A DNA stretch of 64,000 bases from an uncultured Planctomycetota bacterium. GTDB taxonomy: Bacteria > Planctomycetota > Planctomycetia > Pirellulales > Lacipirellulaceae. The number at the start of each line of letters is the position of its first letter. The stretch's first letter is position 1. The stretch lies in NCBI GenBank assembly GCA_963719315.1, contig CAVRBU010000004.1:704001-768000 (forward strand), read 5' to 3'. The notes beneath the pieces are model-generated. The model was not told the DNA's origin, made no database searches, and worked only from the letters and a program-made list of their open reading frames with translations. The translations under genes were made by a program, and so were the position numbers. Shown one piece after another: positions 1-9,423 of the stretch.

Positions 1-248
1 TGGTCGAATCGCGTGCTCTCTGCGGCGAGCTTGTCGATCCGGGGCGTTTCCAACCACGGGAAACGCCCCTTTTCTCCCAGCTCGCGCTGAAAGACGCCCA
101 GGCAATCCCACCGCCAATCGTCGGCGTACATGAAAACGATGTTCGGCCGTTGCGATTGTTCCGCAGCCGCGGCGCACGGCGCCGGAATACTGACGGCGAA
201 CGTGACCAAACCAAACCCAATGACGCTCGCAAGCGATCGAAAGTGCAT
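1..248 (-). CDS. Sulfatase, 5' part only (runs off the window)
   Basis: Hand translation MHFRSLASVIGFG...QRPNIVFMYADDWRWD...WLETPRIDKLAAES: signal peptide plus the 'PNIVFxxxDD' and 'TPxIDxLA' sulfatase N-terminus; GGAG upstream. Not in the ORF track. Confidence 0.85.
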   Translation of the reverse strand, partial: MHFRSLASVIGFGLVTFAVSIPAPCAAAAEQSQRPNIVFMYADDWRWDCLGVFQRELGEKGRFPWLETPRIDKLAAESTRFD

Positions 249-345
249 AAATTGCTCCGCCTGGTTGCAGAATCCTCGGAACCTCATCTGCATCGAGACT
301 CCGCCATCCAAAGAATATGATCACGGGGGACTGAGCACATACACT

Positions 346-1721
346 CTATTCTCCATTGAGAAGCTTCAAGCACACAAGGCGGTTAGCGCCTTCGACGTAC
401 AACAAGCCGTGGGACAGGGCGGGCGCCGCCCAGGCGGGATAGGGCAACAGCGGCGAGCCGTCGGCGACCGTCATTTCCCATTTGGCGACTTCCTCATACT
501 TTTGCGGATTCGGTTTTAGCAGCCGCAGCGTGCCTTCTTCGCTCAAGCAGACGATCATGCCATCGACCAACAGCAGCGAGGAGCGGCCCATGCCCGGTTC
601 GCTCCACATCACCTTCCCCGTCTTCCATTCGACGCAACGCAACTCGGCCTCCGGCGCGTGATAGCCACTGGAGCCATATAGGTAGCCGTCGTGTTCGATG
701 GGTGTGTTCCAGTGCAACGCCATCGCCTGGTTGCGGCGGCGATCGCGGTCGGTCCAGATTTCTTCGAACGCACTGCCGGTGAAGCGCACGAGTGCGCTGC
801 CAAGCTCGTAGGTTTCCGAAATGAAAATCTCATCGCCCACCACGACGGGTGTCGATGCGTTGACGCTTTCGAGCCTCCGCGCTCGCCACGGGAAATTCGC
901 GATCATCTTGCCCTTGGTGGGATCGATGGCCAGCAAGCCGCCGCGGGCGAACATGAAGACGACATCGCGCCCGCCGATCTTGGCCAGCACCGGGCTGGAG
1001 TAGCTGGCCAGGTCGTCACCCGTTTTCCAGCGGACTTGGCCGGTCGCTTTCTCGAACGCCACGACCGCGGAGCCGTTGGATTCGACATTGCCGTTGGCCG
1101 CGTATACATCGGTCGGTCCACCGGGCGGGCTGCCACCGACACACACGAGTAGCAAGTCGCCGTACACCAGCGGCGTGCTGCCGACTCCAAAGAAGTTCTT
1201 CACGACGCCGAAGTCTTTCGTGGTGTCGATTCGCCACTCCATTTGGCCATCCGCCACGCGGACACATTGCAATACGCCTTCGGCCCCGAACGTATATACG
1301 CTCGGCCCATCGACGACCGGCGTTGCCCGCGGGCCATTGTTGTAGCCGAGCATGTCTTCGAACGCGGTCGGATACTCGCACTTCCATTGCTCGACGCCCG
1401 TCGTGGCATCCAGGCAAGTGAGCCGCGCGTTGTTTTCAAAGCGGCCAAAATGGAACAGCCGTCCAGCGCAAATCGCCGCGCGGAATAGCCGGTGCCGGTC
1501 GGGGCTTGCCAAACGATCGGCGGTCCCTGCACGGGCCATTCTGCCGGCAGTCCGCGCTCGTCTGATTTGCCGTTGCGATGGGGACCAAGGAAGCCGGGCC
1601 AGTCCTTACTCGCTGCTTGTGCGCCGTCATTGGCAGCGGCGGAAACAGCCGGTTCGGCGCGCACCGAAGCGCTCACAATAGTCAAAGAAAGGAACAGAAC
1701 GCTTGTTGCCGCAGATCGCAT
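346..1721 (-). CDS. PQQ-binding-like beta-propeller protein (BamB-like repeats), apparent frameshift near 1479
   Basis: N-part in ORF 1200..1847 (signal peptide, DWPGFLGPHRNG, VWQAPTGTGYSA) joins ORF 346..1539 (GPRATPVV, SYSSPV, WAAPALSHG). One missing base restores GYSAPAI. Confidence 0.85.
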
Positions 1722-1740
1722 GTATTCTCGCCTCTGGAAT

Positions 1741-1924
1741 GTAGTCTGCTCGCTCCGCGAGCAGATATCCTCTCGCGGTGGTGTCCTAATTTGGCACCGT
1801 TCGGACCGGACCTTTGTAGCACGGACTTCAGTCCTTATGAGATTCACGGACTGAAGTCCGTGCTACAAAGTTGTTGTACCGCAAATTAGGGCACCACCCC
1901 TCTCGCGGAGCGAGAGAACTGCAC
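1741..1924. repeat. Nested REP doublets (GTAG-type REPIN inside a second REP pair)
   Basis: Perfect 23-bp inverted repeat CTTTGTAGCACGGACTTCAGTCC (1812-1834 / 1848-1870), enclosed by GTAGTCTGCTCGCTCCGCGAGCAGA (1741-1765) and an inverted related copy (about 1899-1924). Confidence 0.75.
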
Positions 1925-1933
1925 CTTATCCGG

Positions 1934-1942
1934 TGTTATAAT
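1934..1942 (+). promoter_or_regulatory. Extended -10 promoter element (TGnTATAAT)
   Basis: TGTTATAAT lies about 33 bp upstream of the small ORF at 1975; a consensus match in GC-rich DNA. Confidence 0.55.
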
Positions 1943-1974
1943 GGAGGCGAGCCATAGGAGACAAGGAAACTGCG

Positions 1975-2106
1975 ATGTCGTGCCAGAAGGGAAAACCGAT
2001 CCGCAAAGCCAAGCCAGGCGACTTTCGCTGCAAAGATTGCGGGTTTGTGGCCAAACGCAAGAAGAAACTTTGTAATCCGAAGAAAGTGAAAGTATCGGAA
2101 TCGTAA
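1975..2106 (+). CDS. Small basic Cys-containing protein (43 aa)
   Basis: MSCQKGKPIRKAKPGDFRCKDCGFVAKRKKKLCNPKKVKVSES; AGGAG/AAGGA and an extended -10 upstream. Below the ORF-track cutoff. Confidence 0.65.
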   Translation: MSCQKGKPIRKAKPGDFRCKDCGFVAKRKKKLCNPKKVKVSES

Positions 2107-2191
2107 GTTCGGCCGTGCTTGAGTATTCATTCCCTCTCGGGCCGTCATATCAAAGCGTGCGTCAGACTAGAGTCTGACCTACTTTTGTTTC

Positions 2192-5128
2192 TTAGCGCTT
2201 TGCCGCCGGCGAAAAGTCCTGCGAAAAGTTCTGCGGATTTTCGAGGTACCGCCAGTTCTTGATGAACGAAAGCAGGTCGGCCATGTCTTGCGGAGGAATG
2301 TCTTTCTCGAGGCCCTCCGGCATCAGCGAGACGCCATCGGAGTGAAGGTCTTCGATTTCGTCGCGGCGGAGCGTTTCGCTTTTGCCTTCCTGCTGCTTGA
2401 GCGTCACGGAAGTTGAAGTCTCGGCCGAGAGGATGCCGGTGTGGATGCGGCCGTCGTTCGTGATGGCCGTGTAACTGAAAAAATTCGAGTCGATCGCGCG
2501 GTTCGGCTGCAAGATATCCGTCAGCAGTTGCAGCGGCGTGCGCTCGCGCGAATCCGAAATATCGGGCGCGACCTGCACTCCGATATTATTGATGCGGTGG
2601 CATATCGAACACCGCTTCTCGAAGATCGATTGTCCGCGGGCCGCGTCGGCTTTCAGTTCCAACGCGGGTCGATATTCGACCAGCACTTTTTCGCGATCGG
2701 CCGGCACGGCGGAAGCCAGGAGTTTCTCGGCCCGCTCGCGAATCGAGGCGTCTTTGTGTGCGCGGAGCAGCTTGGCGCGGACCGGGTCGATCACAGTCGG
2801 CTTGATCTGGCCGGCCTTGATCGCATCGAGCAGCAGGCCGGTTCGATCGGTGCTGGCCAGGACGCCATCCAGGATCGCGCGTTGCAGCGCGGGGGTTTCT
2901 TTGGCAAAGTTCGCGACCAATTGTTGCCACGGTTCGAGATCGCGACTCTTGGCCAGGGCCGCGATGGCCCGCGTTCGCACGTCCTGGTCTTGGTCGTGGA
3001 CGGCGATCGGCAACAATACTTTTGGTGCTTCTTTCGTGAATGCCACCAGATCGATTGCCTCGCAACGCTCCGCTTCCGGGCGTTTGGCGTCTGCCGCCGC
3101 CTGGCGGGCGGCATCGATTATTTGATCCAAGCCGCGGCGAGTGTTTTCAGCCAGCTTGCCGCGCACGTCGGCGAGCGACGTCCCGCCGCGCGACGTTTCA
3201 GTCAGGATGCCCGTCAATCCTGCCCGGCCAAATTCGGCACTAGCAACGAGCGCCTCGATTGCGATCGCTCGTTGGCCATCATCCTTCGTCGCTGCGGCCA
3301 GCCGGGCCAGGCGAGTGACAAAATGTTCGGGATCGCCCAAGTTCGACTTCAATGCATACGAATCGCCGAGCATGTTGTTGAGCGCGGTGCCGCCGCGATT
3401 GCCGGCGGCGATCAACATGGCGTCTTCTTCCCAGCGATCGATCGGATACTTCGGCGCTCGCGGCAAAGGCATCGCCACCAGCAACGCTTGGAACCGTACC
3501 CGGGCGTCCTTGCTATCCATCAAACGCGAAATCCGCTCGCGAAGTTTGCCGGAACCGGCGACGTGTGAATCGGCGACGATGATCGCTTGTTCCACGATCC
3601 GCGGATTCGGATCGTCGCACAGTTGCAAGAGCAGTTCGTCGGCGACGAGGCCCAATCCTTCGGCGAGTCGCAACGCTAGAATGCGGGCCTGAGGAGATTT
3701 GTTCGCGAGCGCCGATTGACGCAACTTGTCGCCGATGCTTTTGTCCTGTCGTTCCAACAACAATCGCCCCGCCGTCTCGCGCCACCAGGCATTTGGATTC
3801 GCCAGCGCATCGACGAGTGCATTGCTCGACAAGCCCGATAACTTCGGCGGCGCCGGCCGGTGAAAGTACTTGGGTACGACGCGGTAAATCCGCCCGCGGT
3901 CGTTGCCAGCCCGCAGGTTTGGCCGATGGCGAAGCTCTTCGGGCATCCACTCAGGGTGCTCGATGATCTGCCGATACATATCCACGATGTACAATCCGCC
4001 GTCGGGCCCGACTTCCAAATTCACAGGGCGACACCACTCGTCTCGCGATGCGAAGAATTCGGTCGAGTGCTTCTCAAAACTTTCCGCAAACGTTACTCCG
4101 TTGGATTTGATGTGCTCGCGATGAACCAGGTAACCGGTCGGCTCGCAGACAAAAACATCGCCATAGTTCCTGGCCGGCAACGCGTCGCCGCGGTAAATCT
4201 CCACGCCGCAGGCGGCGGTGAACTGGCCTGCATGCAGGTTCGACGTCGTCCACGCATGGCCGATCGGGTAAACGGGCGTATACTCCGCGCCGAACACCAC
4301 GTGCTCGAGCACCGTATCAACCGTGACTAGAGGATTCTTCTTGAGTTGGCGATCTTCGAGCACCATGTGAATCGCCGGGTCCCGATTCGCGCACACGAAA
4401 CGATTGCCGTAATCGTCGAACGACAGGCCGAACTGAGCTTCGCCTGTCACGGCTTCGAATTTTCGCGTCAGCGGATCGAAGCGAAAATCCATGCCGCTGA
4501 TCGACACGGGTTTGATCTCCGGGTGCCGTGCGTCGGCGATGGTGCCGCCGCGAAGGCCGGCGGCGATGTAGATGTGGTTATCGAGCGCAAGTGTGGGATG
4601 GTTGGCCCGGAGTTGCTGATTGACCTGGGCAAAGCCGGTGTACCAGGTTTCGTTGAGATCCGCTTTGTCGTCTCCATCGGTGTCCTTCATGTAGGCGACC
4701 TTGCCGGCCATCGTCACGAACACGCCCCCCTTCCAGGGCTGCACGCCGGTGGCGAACGAGAGATTGTCGGCGAACACGGTCGTCGTTTCGTAGAAGCCGT
4801 CGCCGTCCTTATCGCGCAGGATCGAAATCCGAGAACGGGCCGGGAATTCTTTGGTCGGACCCAACGGGTAGTCGCGCATCTCGACGACCCACATCCGGCC
4901 ATCTTCGTCGAACCGAATGGCGATCGGGTCGATCACGTTCGGCTCGCAGGCGGCAAGCTCCACCGTGAGACCTGGATCGACGACGATCTGCTTCAGCGAT
5001 TCTTGCGGCGACAACGCAGGTCGCGCGGCGGGAACGTCCGCCGCGCGCGTTCGCACCGATCCGATGGCGATGTAAATGGAAATTGCCGCGACGCGCAAAG
5101 CGAGGCGGCAGGACGGGCCGCACATCAT
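2192..5128 (-). CDS. PVC-type membrane-bound dehydrogenase-like / heme-binding CxxCH protein
   Basis: N-terminal propeller (FDEDGRMWVVEMRDYP, GPDGGLYIVDMYR), HEAT-like middle, C-terminal cytochrome c (CSICH ... SLMPEGLE). Confidence 0.9.
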   Translation of the reverse strand: MMCGPSCRLALRVAAISIYIAIGSVRTRAADVPAARPALSPQESLKQIVVDPGLTVELAACEPNVIDPIAIRFDEDGRMWVVEMRDYPLGPTKEFPARSRISILRDKDGDGFYETTTVFADNLSFATGVQPWKGGVFVTMAGKVAYMKDTDGDDKADLNETWYTGFAQVNQQLRANHPTLALDNHIYIAAGLRGGTIADARHPEIKPVSISGMDFRFDPLTRKFEAVTGEAQFGLSFDDYGNRFVCANRDPAIHMVLEDRQLKKNPLVTVDTVLEHVVFGAEYTPVYPIGHAWTTSNLHAGQFTAACGVEIYRGDALPARNYGDVFVCEPTGYLVHREHIKSNGVTFAESFEKHSTEFFASRDEWCRPVNLEVGPDGGLYIVDMYRQIIEHPEWMPEELRHRPNLRAGNDRGRIYRVVPKYFHRPAPPKLSGLSSNALVDALANPNAWWRETAGRLLLERQDKSIGDKLRQSALANKSPQARILALRLAEGLGLVADELLLQLCDDPNPRIVEQAIIVADSHVAGSGKLRERISRLMDSKDARVRFQALLVAMPLPRAPKYPIDRWEEDAMLIAAGNRGGTALNNMLGDSYALKSNLGDPEHFVTRLARLAAATKDDGQRAIAIEALVASAEFGRAGLTGILTETSRGGTSLADVRGKLAENTRRGLDQIIDAARQAAADAKRPEAERCEAIDLVAFTKEAPKVLLPIAVHDQDQDVRTRAIAALAKSRDLEPWQQLVANFAKETPALQRAILDGVLASTDRTGLLLDAIKAGQIKPTVIDPVRAKLLRAHKDASIRERAEKLLASAVPADREKVLVEYRPALELKADAARGQSIFEKRCSICHRINNIGVQVAPDISDSRERTPLQLLTDILQPNRAIDSNFFSYTAITNDGRIHTGILSAETSTSVTLKQQEGKSETLRRDEIEDLHSDGVSLMPEGLEKDIPPQDMADLLSFIKNWRYLENPQNFSQDFSPAAKR

Positions 5129-6537
5129 TGAAGTTCCTTCAGCAAGTTGGTTGCCGCTTCGACCAGTTTTTCGCCGGTTCCAGGCACGACGCGCGAATTG
5201 GCGACTTCGTAGCCCCCTTCAGCGAACGCCTGCTTCGTCGGTGTGTACGCCAAGTCGTCGTTCGCAAGCTCGAATACCAGTGTTGTTTTGAACGGCGAGT
5301 GGGCTTTGATCGACAGGCCGAACTCGACGAATATTTCAGACGGCAAAGTGACGATCGCCGTCTCGCGGTTCAAGCGAAACGCTTGAACTTCAAGCTCCGC
5401 GGGATCCTCGCCGTTTTTCTTGAGTCGCTCAACGTCCACGATCTTGTAGGCTTCGACCCCTTCGAGAAACGGCATATCGCGGGTTCCAATCCGCGGCATG
5501 GCTGCTTTGGCGTCCACAATTTGCTCGTCGGTAAATGACTGCAGCGGAGCGGCAATCTTCACGCTTTTTACTGCGAGCGACGGCTCGCTGCCGGTCACCA
5601 CCTGGCCATTTTCAATGGCCTCAGCGACGGTGTCGCCCAGCATTATGCCGAGTGTGTCGGCCTTGCGCTGCTCGGTGGTGTTGATATCGCGATGATTGAT
5701 ATTCCCGCACGTCCCGGTGCCGAATAGGAGCTTGAAATCGGGTCCGAACGATTTTTGCAAGCGGTCGTCGAGCGACTTCACATAATCGGCGGAATAGAGC
5801 GTGCCGCCAGTCGTGTCCAGGTGCATGGCGAACGACACGATCGCACCCGTCGGTTGTTTCGCGCCCGATGTTGGTTTCGACAATAAGACAATACCCACCT
5901 GCGGGTCGATGGGACCTGCCGGACGGAGAATATCCGGGCTTCGCAGCGGCGGATTGAATCGTACGGAACCGTCCTTCATGTAGTAGCGGCGATTGAACGA
6001 GATGCGGTCCTCGTGCGCGGTCCCGGATTTGAGCTCGACGGGAGCAAGGGCGGCCTTGGCCTTCGCGATCGCGTCGGCAATTTTGTCGATCAACTCTTTT
6101 CGGTACAGAGCGCTGTCGTATGGATCGGCGCCGTACTTTTTGACCGCGCGATCGTGCAAGAATTCGTGCAGCGCCATGAAATACAGCGGTCCTGTGTGCG
6201 TGTGCGTGCCGGTGACCGTGATGTGCTCGACGGGAATTCCCGTGGCTTCGCTGGCCTTCTTTCGCGCCGGCGCCGCCACTTCCAACGGCACGCCAACGAC
6301 ATCGCAAAACACGAGGGCGGCCGATTCCGAACCTTGTTGAAAAACAATCGCCCGCGCCTGGAGCGGGTCTTTTGTGCCCGTGCTCAATCGCTCGTAGAAA
6401 TAGCCACTCATGCGGAACGGGACCGGTGGCGTGATATCGACGAACGCGATGCCGGCCTGCAACTTTTCCGCGGCCCGTGCGGAGAATGCCGCAGAAAAGA
6501 CGAAGGCCAACGCTATGAAACAACGATGCAGACTCAT
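5125..6537 (-). CDS. Neutral/alkaline ceramidase N-terminal-domain-like hydrolase
   Basis: AGIAFVDITPP, DPLQARAIV, THTHTGP, FNRR, GPIDP, SADY, GTCGNIN, YTPT...GGYE; signal peptide. Confidence 0.8.
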   Translation of the reverse strand: MSLHRCFIALAFVFSAAFSARAAEKLQAGIAFVDITPPVPFRMSGYFYERLSTGTKDPLQARAIVFQQGSESAALVFCDVVGVPLEVAAPARKKASEATGIPVEHITVTGTHTHTGPLYFMALHEFLHDRAVKKYGADPYDSALYRKELIDKIADAIAKAKAALAPVELKSGTAHEDRISFNRRYYMKDGSVRFNPPLRSPDILRPAGPIDPQVGIVLLSKPTSGAKQPTGAIVSFAMHLDTTGGTLYSADYVKSLDDRLQKSFGPDFKLLFGTGTCGNINHRDINTTEQRKADTLGIMLGDTVAEAIENGQVVTGSEPSLAVKSVKIAAPLQSFTDEQIVDAKAAMPRIGTRDMPFLEGVEAYKIVDVERLKKNGEDPAELEVQAFRLNRETAIVTLPSEIFVEFGLSIKAHSPFKTTLVFELANDDLAYTPTKQAFAEGGYEVANSRVVPGTGEKLVEAATNLLKELQ

Positions 6538-6561
6538 TTGGTCGATCCCCGTTCTTGTCGC

Positions 6562-7452
6562 CTACTTGGCCGGCGCTGGTTGCGGTCCTCTACCGAGAGG
6601 CCACAATTCCCAGCGGCGGAAAAAAATCTCCGCCAGCTCGGTTTGCAGTTGGAGGCGTCCTTCGTGCGGCGAAACGTCGAACGCCTCGTTCACCTTGACG
6701 CCGTTCACAAATGTCTCGATGTGTCCGCCTTCGCAGATTACGTCCATCCGCGTCCACTCGCCGTGCGGACTGTCCTTGTCCTGAGGGCCGCGAACGTCCT
6801 TTTCGTCTTTCCAATCCGGATCGCGGCCGAACCAATTCACGCGCTTCAGGTTGCCGCGTTTGAACACCTCACGAGGACCGTCGGCCTTCCACACCACCTC
6901 GCCATCGCGATCGTGCCCGACGTTGCATGTGTAAGTGATGGGCACGGGTTTGCCGTCGAGGCCGGTGCCGGGCACGGGCACGAAATCGCCGACGCCGCCT
7001 TCAATGATTTGCACTTCGATCGCCGGCATCCAGGTTCCGTTATAACCGCCGTCCTTTCCGTTGCTGTGGAGCAGCAACCCGGAATCGCGGGCGCTGTTCT
7101 CGCGTTCGTGCCAGGTGCGATCTCCGAATTTGAATTCCAACACGAGGTGATAATCGCGATAGCGCTTGTTCGTTACCAATCCGCCCAGGCCATCGCCGCT
7201 AACGTGGATCATGCCGTCGGCAACGCTGAACACTTTTCGTGGGTCTTCGCGGTGGGTGTCTTTGAGCCAGGTATAGCAGTCGCCGAGCGTCTCGCCGTCG
7301 AACAAGCGGATCACTTCATCCTTGGGGGCGGTGGCCAGGCTAGCGCCCGTTCCATCGGATGGTTCGGCGGCATCGGTAGTTTGGTACGAACTGAGCATCG
7401 CACAGCCACTCGATAATAATACGCAAGCTATGGTGTGCAGGGTTCTATGCAT
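6562..7452 (-). CDS. DUF1080 / 3-keto-disaccharide hydrolase domain protein
   Basis: LFDGET, YRDYHLVLEFK, RDSGLLLH, IEVQI, GEWTRMDV, GRLQLQTELAEIFFRRWEL; start taken at MHRTLH. Confidence 0.85.
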   Translation of the reverse strand: MHRTLHTIACVLLSSGCAMLSSYQTTDAAEPSDGTGASLATAPKDEVIRLFDGETLGDCYTWLKDTHREDPRKVFSVADGMIHVSGDGLGGLVTNKRYRDYHLVLEFKFGDRTWHERENSARDSGLLLHSNGKDGGYNGTWMPAIEVQIIEGGVGDFVPVPGTGLDGKPVPITYTCNVGHDRDGEVVWKADGPREVFKRGNLKRVNWFGRDPDWKDEKDVRGPQDKDSPHGEWTRMDVICEGGHIETFVNGVKVNEAFDVSPHEGRLQLQTELAEIFFRRWELWPLGRGPQPAPAK

Positions 7453-7563
7453 ACGAGTTTCACTTGTTCGGTGGACCAACTTGGCGGTGACAATTGCGGG
7501 CAGACTGGAAGTTCGAACTGGCAGAGCCAGCGGCGCCAAAGTAATCATTGGCGCATAGGTGGC

Positions 7564-8490
7564 CTAATGCATTTCCGCTGCGACCGTGCCGATGCCGCCG
7601 CGGTAGTAACTGAATTTTACGTGTGGGTGGTCTGCCAGCAACGACATCGGCACACTCGTATCCGGCACGCGCTTGCTGATCATGAGGGCCGAGAGGCGGG
7701 TGCCGAATGGGTTGTCGTGGTGACCTGGATGCCAGATCGAAACCATGTCTGCCTTCCACGTTTCGATCGGCCCAACCGTGGCCGCCCGCGTCGGCACTTG
7801 CGGCACGTAACCGCCGCCGGAGGTGCGGGCGTTTTGAATGACCGTCATCGGGTGCAGATCGGTGATTCGAGTCTTGAGTTGCAAATACTTTCCGGGCGGC
7901 GGCGGCTTGTCCTTCCATTCGCCTTCGCGCTTCGGCGGATCGTTGAACGCCCAATGCTTCACCTCGCCCTGCCCGCCTTGCATTACCGCGCAACGCACGT
8001 CGTCATAACTTCGCGAATACGCTTCCAATTCGACGGGAAAATGAATGTTTTTGGCCGGCATCCGTAGCTCGGATCGAATGCGGTTGAAACACAGTTCCAT
8101 ATCCGCCTTGGCAAAGGACAACGGATGTTCGATCGATACTGCCCGATCGTTCTCAACCCACTCATCCATCCCCCAGAAGTGGGCGTCGCGCAGGTTGAGA
8201 TCGAGCGCGTTCACCATCCGAGCGACGAGCGGCAATTGTTCGGTCGGACCGATGGGCCCGCAAATGCCGACGGGGTTGTCGGGCGTTGCCTTCCTCCACG
8301 CGCGGATGTATTCCAACGCCTCGGCGCAGTAGAACTCTTCCAGCGTATCGTAGACGGCGACTTCGAAGCCGACGCGGGCGAGTTGCAACAGATCGTTGGG
8401 CGTCAACCGCGCCGCGTCGGCGAGCAACTGGGAATCGAGCGTCGTGTAATCCCACCAACCGGGCGCGACTTTGCTGAGCGGTCTAGGCAT
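7564..8490 (-). CDS. Glucosamine-6-phosphate deaminase/isomerase-like protein (NagB-like fold)
   Basis: [56 protein letters not shown]. Confidence 0.75.
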   Translation of the reverse strand: MPRPLSKVAPGWWDYTTLDSQLLADAARLTPNDLLQLARVGFEVAVYDTLEEFYCAEALEYIRAWRKATPDNPVGICGPIGPTEQLPLVARMVNALDLNLRDAHFWGMDEWVENDRAVSIEHPLSFAKADMELCFNRIRSELRMPAKNIHFPVELEAYSRSYDDVRCAVMQGGQGEVKHWAFNDPPKREGEWKDKPPPPGKYLQLKTRITDLHPMTVIQNARTSGGGYVPQVPTRAATVGPIETWKADMVSIWHPGHHDNPFGTRLSALMISKRVPDTSVPMSLLADHPHVKFSYYRGGIGTVAAEMH

Positions 8491-8523
8491 GGCTTACCAG
8501 CTTCTAATGGCACATTTCCAATT

Positions 8524-9282
8524 CTATGATTTCAACAAGTTCGCAAGCAAATCGGTCGTAGGAAATGGGTGGCCGCGGTGTTGGACGAACACCTCGGCGT
8601 ATTCGACGCCGATTAGGCGGCCGCGCTCTGCGCTGTATCGTTTCATGGCCTCGATGTATTCGTCCATACCGTGGTGCGCTCGCAACCAATCTCGCTGCGA
8701 GGCGTGGCAGGCTAGCATTTCTACTTTTCGCTCAAGCTGGGCGGATACGTCGATGATCGTCGTCGGCGTGACCAATTGGCCGGTATACGGATCGGCGCCT
8801 TCCACTGGATCACAATAGTATAGCCAGGGGATGGCCGAACCGTCGATGAGTGGCAACGTTGAAGCGTTCGGGATCGGGTAGCTGAATGCCGCCGCCCGCG
8901 CGAGTAGATGCACCTGTTCGTGGTCGAGCATATAGTCGTGCCGCGGGTGCGTGAACAATACGGTGGGCGCGACGCGGCGGAGCAGGTCGATCGCCTTTTG
9001 GATAGTCGGCCCGTCGAACGCCACGTGTACGTCCGGTTCTTCGAGGCAATAATAGGTGGCGCCGATTTTGGCCGCTGCGGCAATTCCTTCACGGCGGCGG
9101 ATGGCGGCGATCTCCGGGCGGCCCAGAGTCGTGGAGCCGCAGTCACCGTTGGCGACGGTCGCGATGTGGATTTCCCAGCCGGTGTCCGCTAGTCGAATAA
9201 GAGTTCCCGCGCAGAGCATTTCGGCATCATCCGGATGCGCGAGAAGGCTCAACGCGACGCGACGCTGTGGAGGGTGAGTCAT
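8524..9282 (-). CDS. PIG-L/LmbE family deacetylase
   Basis: AHPDDAE, RRREG, DYMLDHE, CHASQ, YAEVF; start taken at MTHPPQ. Confidence 0.9.
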   Translation of the reverse strand: MTHPPQRRVALSLLAHPDDAEMLCAGTLIRLADTGWEIHIATVANGDCGSTTLGRPEIAAIRRREGIAAAAKIGATYYCLEEPDVHVAFDGPTIQKAIDLLRRVAPTVLFTHPRHDYMLDHEQVHLLARAAAFSYPIPNASTLPLIDGSAIPWLYYCDPVEGADPYTGQLVTPTTIIDVSAQLERKVEMLACHASQRDWLRAHHGMDEYIEAMKRYSAERGRLIGVEYAEVFVQHRGHPFPTTDLLANLLKS

Positions 9283-9423
9283 TTCAGTGCGATTCGACGC
9301 CGTGGATATGGGGAGCTCGCGCAGAGGAGCAAGGGGCGCGGAGATCGCAACCCACTTCGCAAACATGCACGAAATACCCGCGTCTTCTTCGCCCCTACCA
9401 GAGAATCTTCCGCTCGAGGCGAC

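Noticed and set aside
6013..7416. Long antisense ORFs (e.g. 6013..7416, 2441..3568, 14387..15634, 24039..25211)
   Set aside because: Shadow frames of well-supported genes in GC-rich DNA, with no recognisable motifs.
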